Source: Bigelowiella natans CCMP2755 (Eukaryota; Protista; Cercozoa). From it: DNA of 38,053 nucleotides. The position numbers and the translations under genes are program-made. Shown piece by piece: positions 26,395-37,022 of this stretch. Each line of letters opens with the position of its first letter. Position 1 is the first letter of the stretch. The stretch spans positions 1 through 38,053 of the forward strand of contig ADNK01001097.1 in NCBI GenBank assembly GCA_000320545.1, written 5' to 3'. The notes beneath the pieces are model-generated. The model searched no databases. It worked only from the letters and a program-made list of their open reading frames with translations, and was not told the origin of the DNA.

Positions 26395-28200
26395 CGAAAT
26401 CGCCAAAATGAACCAATGTTGGCACTGCAAATTGCACTGTGTGAAGCACGCATTTGACACACATGAACTGCATCCATTGTCAGCATCCGTGTCAGTGATC
26501 GTGACTGTTCATGATCGCACGCTGCCCACTTTCGAGACCAGCCCTCAGTCTTTGAGGCCGCAATTTCATGTGTGACATCTAGACATCGATCACTGTGCTA
26601 GCGCATCGCATTCACATTGTCCAGCAAACGCATCTGACAATGAGCACCAGAACAAGCGCTAGCAGGACTTGTGCAACTGTGCATCACGTTGTTCAATGTT
26701 CACATTGTTCACCAGTTCACATCGCTTGCTAGCTAGCTAGGTCGCCCATGCGCGCCTTTGGATGAGCACGTGCTGGCATCGCATGGCCAGACTTGGAGAT
26801 TCAGAGATGGCCAGATGGGAACGTGCAGCTGGCGTGATGTGAGTTCATTGCCCAACTCCAGAACTGGCCAATCCACAACTCCAGCATGATCAGCCCAGAG
26901 CACACACGTGTGCATCCTGATGCGTGGTCTGTGGCACGCTGCAGTCCACGACACAGGATGCACATTGGGGCTCTGGGAGCACCACCTGAAACAAGTCCAC
27001 AACCGCCGTGGCTTGGTGATGTGACTGCAGCCACAAGAGGAGCGTCTGAAAAAGATCGTGAGCAATCCATGCCGGTTGTGGACCGTTGGTGGGCAGCACT
27101 CGAAGCAAGTGAACTTCCCACGTGCGAACAATGACGATGAGTGCAACTCTCAACTCGCACGTTTCCCAAGTTCGAGCGATTTTGCACACCTCGTCTGAAG
27201 TGATCTTTTTCAGACGCTCCTCTTGTGGCTGCAGTGGTTGCATCACCAAGCCACGGCGGTTGTGGACTTGTTTCAGGCAGCACTCCCAGAGCTCTGATGT
27301 GCATCCCACGTCGTGGACTGCAGCACACCACGGACCATGTGTTGGGATGTGCACGTGGGCTCTGGGCGCATCTGAGCTCAATGGTCTGCCCACGTGCACA
27401 AAGTGATCCAAAATCACATGATGCTCTGAAATTCGCATTTGGCAATGTCCGCAATGACACGCATTTGCATGGCACGTGTGCACGTGTGTGGTCAAGCATG
27501 CACTTGCACGTGCATCTTCTTGATCGGATGCACACTCTTCTTCGCATTTTGCACGATGTCAATTTCAAGAATGTGCACATCATCTCGTGTGTGCAAGGAT
27601 GCATTGTTCAATGCTTCTCACAAATCCACAATTCGAATCACACCAACCCGACACCTCAAGCTAGCAAGTCATCCATGGGAAGTATGTTTTGCAAGTTGTT
27701 TTGTCCATTGATTTTTTTTTTCACACTGTGTTGTTGAGACTGCACGACGACCAAATCTGACCATCTGATCAAGCCCCAGCTTTCATAGTCGTGTCGATGT
27801 GATCATGCATGCGCTCACGTTGTTCAGAATCGGAACATGCACTCAGGTAGCAACACGGAAAATTGAGCAATTGAAATTTCTAGATTTGTTGACAGTTTGT
27901 TAACAATTTTGATTGGCCGTCGAGCAGTCTTCGCGTGTCATTTCTCCCATTTCAGAGCCTGGCAGCATCACATCATCAATTGTTGTCGCTGTCATGGCTC
28001 TGTTTGCACCCCGCGTCACGCAATTGTTCTGCGATCGATTTCCATGAGAATTTCCGCGAGGATTCTGATCTCTTCTATCGGAGTCCGTGTGGCAGTAGCA
28101 TGCCATGCAGCATGCGAAACAGATGCACCAAAGACTAATGGGCACAATTGCAACAACTAGAAGAAATGACGAAGTCATTCAAATGATGACGCTGCAAAAG
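26395..28200. other. TpA-depleted, CpA/TpG-rich hypermutated intergenic block
   Basis: No TA in 26741-27660. All 7 TA in 26395-27682 lie within CTAG. CpG remains common. Confidence 0.9.
26893..27367. repeat. long degenerate inverted repeat: ~165-bp arms (26893-27057 and 27202-27367), 144-bp spacer; foldback/MITE-like remnant
   Basis: The arms share long reverse-complement-identical blocks, e.g. cctgaaacaagtccacaaccgccgtggcttggtgatg and ctgcagccacaagaggagcgtctgaaaaagatc. No TSD or transposase was identified. Confidence 0.9.
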
Positions 28201-28977
28201 GGGCAGATTGTGATGAATCAAAGCGTGGAAATCTGTTCCCCGTCGAAACTTCCTGCGAAACAACGGTCTAGTGTCCTTCTGTTTTACGTCGAAATTGTGT
28301 TCAAGCTTGGAAAATCTGTTTGGTAATGTGCAAGGGAACACAGAGTGGAGAGAAGCGATCAGGTGTGGTTTAGAAATCAATGCCCACACCCGTCATCACG
28401 ATAGAGGCAAGGCGGACAAATAAGCGGCGTTCAACTATCCAGAATAAATATGATGTATTTTAGTTCTGCGACAAATGATACTATCAAAAGTTATCACTAC
28501 TCGTATGAATTTTACTGATGAGACGCTCCAAGAGTACGTCTGGGTTTTCAGGGTAGTCTAGATCTACTGTAGATCTACGACTCGTAGATAGGTCACATGT
28601 ACAGCGAACAGCGAACTGAAAGGTGCAGTTTATTAAAGCGGCATGCACCGTAAAAATACTAGGTGATTTACTCACAACCGAACCATATACATCTAAGGGG
28701 ACGACATAGATCTAATTTCTCATTTTGATGATCGTTGAAACGGTTGAAAATTTAGATTGTTAAACATCATGATGTGAAAACGCAGGTAATTTTATCCTCT
28801 CTCTCCGTGTTTGTATTGTCGCATCGCTAAACCGGATGTTAGCCTCGACAGAATAAACAAATATCACCTGGTAGATGTGGCGGGGAAAGCTGTGCAGGGG
28901 GGGGGGAATAGGGATAGCAGTCATTGCGAGAATCGTCAAGGTTATTTGTTATTGTCCTGAATATAAATGATTTTTAG

Positions 28978-29799
28978 GACAACAGAAACTATAATGAATC
29001 AAAACTCTGCTTGCATCGTTGAAGTGACAGCCAATGACGCTGAGATGGAATACGGACCAAAGCTGATGGGAGGCTTTCTCAATAACCCAGATATTCCGCC
29101 AGAGGCACAAGGTGGCATTGTCAGAAAATGATATTGCGCTCAAATATATTCCATCTTCAAGAATAAATAATGATCAATAAAGAATACCATCCAACCTTTA
29201 CAAACCCCTGTTGTTCTCGGTATTAGGTGCAACACAATGCACGCAATATTGCATGTGTATGTGCTGCAGTCCCATTTGTCTTCCCCTCGCGCTCGTGGTG
29301 AGCTTACTATTAACCCATTCCCTCCACATTTCCAAATGATGAACAATTCGGTGCTTAAGAAGATTTGTGCTGTTGCAGAATTCCATCTTGGGCTGGGTGT
29401 TATGCCCCATTGGACATCTGCTTAATGACGAAGACGATCCACAATCCTGGAGGACTTGCGTAAGAATTATGTCAGCCTTTTTTCGTTACAGTTGCATCTG
29501 ACAAGGACTTGATGGTGTTTCACAGTGTGCCAACTATGTGTGCTGCTATCAAAACCGATGGTCCTTCTGCGCTAATCTTTACGTAAGAATCCCCGTCCGC
29601 CTCCAATCACATGGTTTAGTCACTAAGCTAAATTCCCTCTGATTATCGCACAGGTTTGCTGCCCATGCTTTAACATTACCCCTCAAGATTTTGTCGCCAA
29701 GTTCGGAAATCAAATGCAGATGAACATGATGCAGCAAATGTGAGCCAGTCACGTCACAAATCCCATTCGTTTTGGAAGAGCGCTCCTTCAGCTTTGTGA
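28978..29799 (+). CDS. possible multi-exon hypothetical protein gene (or relic)
   Basis: Exon-like segments are flanked by ttttag/ttacag/cacag acceptors and gtaaga donors (MNQNSACIVEVTANDAEMEYGPKLMGG; ASDKDLMVFHSVPTMCAAIKTDGPSALIFT-FAAHAL...SAL*). No recognisable family, and the model is incomplete. Confidence 0.3.
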
Positions 29800-29849
29800 A
29801 CCACACAGAGAGATATCATTGCTACAAAATCGAATGTTGGAGTTCATAT

Positions 29850-31340
29850 GCTAGCATGTCTAGATGTCTATGCTTCAGGGCTTGTTCTCTGCATCTACTC
29901 AATCTGCATATTCCTAGCATTAATTGTGCCCATGCTACGTGAAGCTGACCAGACGGCTGATTCATCATTAGTACAGTTACATTCTTCAACTTCGATAGCA
30001 CATACACACATGCATGTTTGCACAAACTAGCAAACACACACACACGCATGTCGTGTGTGTGTGTGTGTGTCTAGGTGTGTTGTCGCATGCACACATGTGT
30101 TCTGCTTGTGGTAGCAACGTGGCCAACATGTTGGAAATGTGATGATGAGCTAAAATTTGCTGACCGAGCTTGCAGCATGTGCAAGACCAAGACGGATCGA
30201 TGTGGCGTGGCAATGAATCAAATTGAATTTGTTCAATGGTCATCCTAATGTGCATAGCTAGATAGCCATCAAATGACAGCATCGCAACGCCGTTGTTTCG
30301 CATTATTTGCGATCGGTCTTGCAATTGAATGTGGCCGGCGCGCATTTCGCGCAGCATTGGCAGCAGTGCGTGCTTCCATGTGTTCATGGCAATGCACGCA
30401 CACGTTGTGCGATGAGCTAGAACTGTGACTAGCTCCAAGCTTGCGCATGCAGTGCACGTCGTGGGGACGTGGCGGGGACACGTGCATATCCCTTTTTGAC
30501 AACTTGTATTACGTGTCTATAATACACTTGCTTAGAGCTTTGAGTTTGCTTTGCAAAAGGCGCGTTTGTTGTGTCGATCTAGATGTGATGTCGACCTAGT
30601 TTGCATGTGATGCACGGATGTTTTTTCACGTGAGACGGAAGTCAAGTTCAGTTTCGCTAGTTCGTGTGCGATGTACGTGCATGTGTGATCGCTGTGTCAC
30701 TGCTAGCTGACCAGGTCATCACATCGCTTCTCTCACCTGCTAGCTGCTAGCACACGTGGTGCACGTGCACATGCTGCAATGCGCAAGCTGCCAAGCAATG
30801 GCGCAGATGATTTTCAAGTTTCCATGTCTTCATTGCACATACCGAATCATTTTGAGCCGTGTGACCTTGTGCATGGCATGCGTGTAGCCTCGCTCATCAT
30901 TGCACAGCAGGATGTCGCGCTGAGAAACGACGCGCTCACATCAACAGAAGCTGTCATCTCCTGTCGCCCAGTGCTTTCTCGAGTCTCTCCAGAAAACCAT
31001 CGATGTCATCCAGTCCTAAATGAAATCAGAACCATTTTCATTGTCGCGAGCACATTGTGCAGCATGCGTAGAAGCGCACCATCTCAGGAGCAAACGACAG
31101 CACAGAATGCGCATGTGCAATGACACTGGGACACCAGTGAGTAGTCTGTCTCCATCTCTTCTTCACTCCCCTCATCTCCCTGTCCTACCTCTCACACCTC
31201 CTCTTGATGACAACCAGCAGCCCAGCATGCATGCACAACAAACCAAATCTACGCTATTGACAATGACAGTGACTGACTGCCAGCCGATGTTGTTGTTGCA
31301 GCTTAGTTCGACAGCACCCGCCATCCCTCACACATGCAGC
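29850..31340. other. second strongly TpA-depleted, CTAG-retaining intergenic block
   Basis: Dense catg/cacgtg/tgca. Most remaining TA are in ctag, tag or cta contexts, apart from a short island near 30487-30535. Confidence 0.75.
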
Positions 31341-32235
31341 TGGACATTCGACCTCTCTCTGTCGTTCTCCTCGCAAGCGCCGTAGTCACATCCACACCCA
31401 GGGACACGATCCCCTCGATAACATGAGGGGGCGGGGGATGGCGCGAGCTTTTTGTCCCCTCCCGCGCCAAGGCCACGAGCATCTCTTGAAACGCCCCGGC
31501 ATCGAAAGAGCCACGGGAAAGCACCGACGAATTCGTCCCTGAAACTCCTTCGGTAATATCATCTATGACAGCTGCTAGGGCAAGCCTGGCTTCGTGGAGG
31601 CGCGTGAAGTCGGTGGATGGTGTGGGGGGAGGGGCGACAACATATAGGAGGGGAGTGATTGGGGAGAGGAGGGACGAAAGAGGTAGAGGTGGTGTTTGGA
31701 GCTGTGTGGCGTTGATCAGGCGCTCACGGACCTGAAAGAGGAATAAGAACATGGCAATGTTGGCGATAGTGGTTATAGTCGAAGCAGTAGTGGTTGTAGT
31801 AATATTAATAATAACTAGAGAACAGTATCAGTAATGGTGATGATGATGACGATGATGTACATCCCTCATGCGAAATGTAACAGCTTCTCTTCCTCCCCAT
31901 CCTTCCTTCTTCTTCTTCTTCTTCTTCTTCTTCGTCTTCTGCCCCCAACCTACATCGACACTATTCTTCGTCTTCTGTACCTCGAGTTGCGCTAAGTCGA
32001 AGAGCTCTATGATTTCCGATGTCAGCGGCTCGCGCAGGAACTTGCCCTCAGGAGAGAAGAAGAAATTCATGGCCTCCCCCACCGTTTCTGATGACCACGT
32101 CCCTCCGCTTACGACCTAGAGATTTGTGTGTTTGTTTGTGTGTGTGGGTAAGAATAAATCTATGTATGTTTGCGTATATGAGGAGGAATGAAAGAACACA
32201 CTTCTGATTGATGTTACATCCCCCCCCCCCCCCCC

Positions 32236-32298
<63 letters not shown>

Positions 32299-32396
32299 GA
32301 ATGCACGCATGCAGGCAGATATCGTATGAAAATTTTTGGGGTGTCGTTCTTTTGGCAATGAACCCCATAATAATAATAACAACAACAACAATAACA

Positions 32397-32429
<33 letters not shown>

Positions 32430-33621
32430 GCAACAATAACAGGTAAGGCATAGTACCCCGCTCGATTCCCTCCTCCTCGCCGCGCTACTCAAGGCAAGCA
32501 GCTTCCGTACTCTCGGCCAGCGCAGCGTGCCGTTGTTCGGATACAAAATGACGTCCTTCAGCGTCCTCTGCAGGTCGGGGGAGTCAGCCTTGAGCAGCAC
32601 GCGGATGATGTAGGGATACGCGGACTCGAGGAGCTTAAAGTCGCGGTCCCGAGAGAGCGCCAGCCCCTCTAGGATGAGCAGCGTCCGCAGAATGATGGAG
32701 TACCACGGGGGGATGCGAATGGGGTACTGACGTGCTAAACCCTGTATGTTTCCTGCTAGCTTGCCCAAGCTCAGAGACCGAGGCCCTGCCTTCTCGTCGC
32801 CGCCCTGCGCGTCGATGAAAGCTGCGCGCAGAGGCTCCACGTACCTGGGGTGGGGGAGAGGGGGCGGGGGGAACAGAAGAGTGGTGATCGGAGGGAGGAA
32901 GAAGAAAAGACGGAGGGGGAGGAGGACGAGGAGGAGGAGGAAGAGGAGGAGGAGGAGGAAGAGTTCTCGTTATTACAGAATCTGACACGAATGCATGCAG
33001 ACACGTTTATACACATAAATGCATCCAGGCGCGGAAAAATGCTCACGAGACTCATCCTTTTATCATCATGCTTAGTCGCCCCCCTCCCGCTCCACCATAG
33101 GAAGAGGAACGGAAACAGAGGGAAATCATGCGTGGAGGCACATACTCGGAGACGTCAGCGCCGGCTGGGAAAAAGCCCATAATCTGCATATTCTCAGCCA
33201 GTACGCCCCACTCCTGATTCTGAAGGCCCACCGCCGCCGCAACGATAGCATTCCTCTTCCTCTCATCCACTGTCGCCATCAGCCCGAAGTCGAGGTACCC
33301 TAGCTTCCCCTCCCTCGTGCGTATGAGATTCCCCCGGTGGGGGTCCGCGTGGAAGTAGCCCTGTGACAGGATCTGGCTTATAGAGCATTCGAGGCCGATC
33401 TCCACCATACGCTGGCCATCGTCCCACGGTCCCTTTTCCCCCTCGAGCCATTCCATCGTCAAGACCCGGCGGGAGGTGAGGGATGGTAGCGCTGAGGGCA
33501 CCACTACGTCCTCGATCCCCCGGTAAAGCCTGAGCGAAGCAGAGGAAGAGGAAATAGGCAAAGGCAGCAAAACCATAGAACCGAACGTAATGTGATCAGC
33601 ATGATATACCTGAGCACACGT

Positions 33622-33700
<79 letters not shown>

Positions 33701-35464
33701 GGGGGGGGGGGGGGGGGAGGCGCACGCACACACGTGTAAGTGAGCTTCCTCTGTCTACAACTACTCACTCGGCGAATTGGCGGCAATTCTGCGCCTCATT
33801 CGTGTAGTCCATTTCTTCAAAAAGCGCTCGACCAAACTCATCGATAATCCCCACGAGATCGCTGTTGAGTCTCAGCGTCTTCTTTGCGTAAGCAGCAAGC
33901 CTTCTAATAAAGAAAAGATCGATAGCCGCGCTCTTTAGTGCGTCCGGCCTCTGCACTTTCACGGCAACATCTGTGACGTTCTCAATCGGTTCGCGCAGCT
34001 TAGCGCGGTACACTTGACCAATGCTCGCGCTGGCGACTGGCATTGGAGAGAGAAATCTGAGGAGCGAGGAAGGAAAAGAGGAATAAGAGACGTATAACAT
34101 AACGCTGCGCTGCTACACCCTACCACTCTGGCATATCTCCTAATAGAAACCGCTCTTCAGAAGAAAGCATCGTCATCCTCTGCATCCCCCTCTCCCCCCC
34201 CTCTCCTCCCCTAAAAAAGAAAAGAGCTGCGATCAAAAACGTAAAGGATGGGTAGGTACTCGTAAATCGTGTCCGGTGGAGCGCCCAGGTCCTTTTCGAT
34301 GATTTCCAATGCTTTCTCTGTAGGGAAAGTCCCCACCGCGTCCTGCAGGGTTTCGAGCTCGCGCAAATAAATCGACGATCGGACAATGTCAGGACGTAAG
34401 GCCAAAGCCTGACCAACTTTAACGAAGGTGGGGCCTAGTTCTTCTAAAATCACTCTGAGCTCCTTTGCACGCTGTATCTGCACCGCCTCAGAGACGTTGT
34501 TACCTGACGACGTACGCAAATGATGATGGCTGCATGCTGCATGTGCGTTCGATTGTATGTGTAATGTTTGCCGTGTGAAATGAATGCAGGGGAACCATTG
34601 TGTGACTGTCAATTCGCTTTCATTTTGTCGAGTCATGTCAAGCATGTTCAGCAGTGTGCACCAGTACCGACCGTCAAGTTGCGTGCGGAAGAACCACATT
34701 GTCAGCGGCATCGCATCCAGTGCTCGACTGGCAATACTACCCCATCGGTTTGAGAAGTAGCGATCGACCACCTCGCCATCATAGGGTCGCAGGTTGCCTT
34801 TGGAGTCGAAGATGGTGTCTGGCATCGAAGTCTCGCGTATTCCTTCTGCCGTAGCAGCTTGAGAACGAGAGGGTGGAGGCACCTCTACTTTAAATTCTTG
34901 GACCTTTTCTTTAATCTTTTCTCTGTTGCCAGATCTTGGCGTGTCCGATACGGCGGAATCGACCACTTTGGGTGGTGCTTTTGGCATAGAATCGAGTGGG
35001 TCCTTCTGCTTTATTTCGAGGGTAGTACTCGGCTGTGGATTTGGCTGCTGTGGTGGCTTACGGGTAAAAGGAAACCTCCTACGCGCGCGCTTTAGTTCAT
35101 CTTGGATACTCTCGCTACGAGTGTCAATCATGTCAGAGTCTTCTACGATGATCGGTCCCGGCTGCATACCAGTGTCCGCCACTTTGCTATGAACCCGCCG
35201 CTTCGACCTTTTGCTGCCCGCATTGTGATTTTCATATATTATGTTCGAGAATTTTAACTGGGATAAGCGTCCTCCGCCCGCTGGAAAGCGTCGTGCGTCC
35301 TTTCTAGAAGGGAGAGAGTGGGAGGAAACTCGACGCGGCGTAACTGTGGTTGGATTAGTCGTGCTGAGGACAAAAAGCCCCACAGCAATTGTCGTCAAAA
35401 AACGCCAACCCAGACCCAGTGATATTCTCATGTAATTCCCACCCCTGCCGCAAAAGGGAGCCAT
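31303..35464 (-). CDS. ABC1/UbiB-family atypical kinase (ABC1K), probably plastid-targeted via a bipartite presequence
   Basis: Exons carry LEELGPTFVKVGQALALRPD, LQDAV, PVASASIGQVYRA, VAVKVQRP, EEMDYTNEAQN, VLTMEW, YFHADPHRGN, YLDFGLM and RTLLILEGLA. The N-terminal hydrophobic segment (FLTTIAVGLFVLS) is followed by an R/S-rich stretch. Confidence 0.92.
32219..32440. repeat. compound intronic microsatellites (C)n(TC)n(AC)n and (AAT/AAC)n
   Basis: Read directly, inside an ABC1 kinase intron. A similar array lies at 33628-33720. Confidence 0.9.
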
Positions 35465-36160
35465 GATTTGCTCAGAGAAGGGCAGGGAAGCGTAGGGAAG
35501 CCTGAGAAGGGGTGGTAAGCGGTCCAGAGGCGGAAGACAAACTTAGATTAGTTTTACGTGTACGACAATGCCAGAATATTGTCGCAGTACTACTTTCAGA
35601 CGTAGTTTCACCCTGACCACTCATAGTCTTCGAATGTTGGCGAAATGTTCCCAGGAGCACGCAACCGGAAACTATTCGAAATGCATCAGACGCCTGTCTT
35701 TTTCCTGAAACGACATATAGAAAATCCAATATTTCTGTAAAAAACGCATATAGGACCGGGCTGCCGGAATCCTAACTTTGTCTCAGCTCACAAATGTGCT
35801 GAAATAGCCCCAAGATTCTGGAGAAGATTCGACCGCGTTTCTTAAGACTAAAAGGTACGACTCCGAACAGGAGAGCGACGCCTGACAAGCCTGCTTATTT
35901 CAATATGCGACATCCAAATTTCTTTGTTACAATTCAGAAACTAGAAGTTGTCTTTTCTGCAGAAACGTCTCACCGGTCAGGCCATAGGTCGCAGGTGGGA
36001 AATGTAGTCGATGCTACAGATACGGATGGCTAAAAAGGAAAATAATTAAGAAATTATAGGGTATGCTTGTGGTCCAATATCCAGATTGTCCCAATCTTGA
36101 GTCTTAAAAAAGCTCCGACGATCGCACAGAGCGGTTCACTTTCAGCAGCTCCTTGTAAAA

Positions 36161-36490
36161 ATGGGCGTATGCTCTAGCGGCGGCGAGATGAAGGAGGGAG
36201 AGAAAAGGGGTGCTTCGAAGGATCCCGATCAAACCGATTCCGCTTCTAAGAAGCAGAAAGTTACTGAGAGCGGTGAGCTCGTAAATATAACGGATGCAGC
36301 ACCAGCCAAGCCCATCGATAAGGATTCGCGCGTATTCATTGACTCGCCACTCAAACTTCCCCCCGAAATGCCAGCGATCAACAGGGTAACCCAGCTTACA
36401 CGCATACGTATACACATATGTACATATATAAACATATGCACACCGGAAATCTACATATGCATGCATGTAAAATAACAAGCATGGACATAT

Positions 36491-36536
<46 letters not shown>

Positions 36537-36607
36537 CGTGTGTGTGTGCCGGAAATCTACATATGCATGCATGTAAAATAATAAGCATGGACATATAATG
36601 TGTATGC

Positions 36608-36640
<33 letters not shown>

Positions 36641-36982
36641 TGTGTAGTAGTAGTAGTGGTAGTAGTAGTAGTAGCAGTAACTATAGTTGCAACATACATG
36701 CTTTTATTCATATTATCCAGGACAAATCTGTGTGGGTTCTTGGACCGAACAAGAAGCGGGCTTCCGCGCCCATCTCCGGTATTAAATATGTTCTCCTGCT
36801 TCATCATTGCAACGTCGGTATACGTTGCCCTCAGACATGCTTTGTGGACAATATTATCACGATGATCAGAATACAAATTTGAAAAGAGGCTTGGGCAGCC
36901 TGGTCAAATGCAAATTTGAAAAGAGGCTTGGGCAGCCTGGTCAATTTGGAGAGGCGTGGCGTGCCACTCACAAGGTCTGTAC

Positions 36983-37022
<40 letters not shown>

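Noticed and set aside
26733-27737. Overlapping Cys/His-rich ORFs of up to 267 aa in several frames
   Set aside because: Artefacts of TA loss, which removes TAA/TAG stops and Tyr codons. No domain recognised.
26395-28200. Classical RIP, or CpG decay alone, as the cause of the composition
   Set aside because: RIP increases TpA, and CpG decay would remove CG, which is still abundant. CpG decay may still contribute.
29986-31385. ORFs of 114-150 aa in the second TA-poor block
   Set aside because: Same stop-depletion artefact.
36870-36944. 37-bp repeat as a CRISPR array
   Set aside because: Two directly adjacent copies with no spacer, inside a eukaryotic kinase exon.
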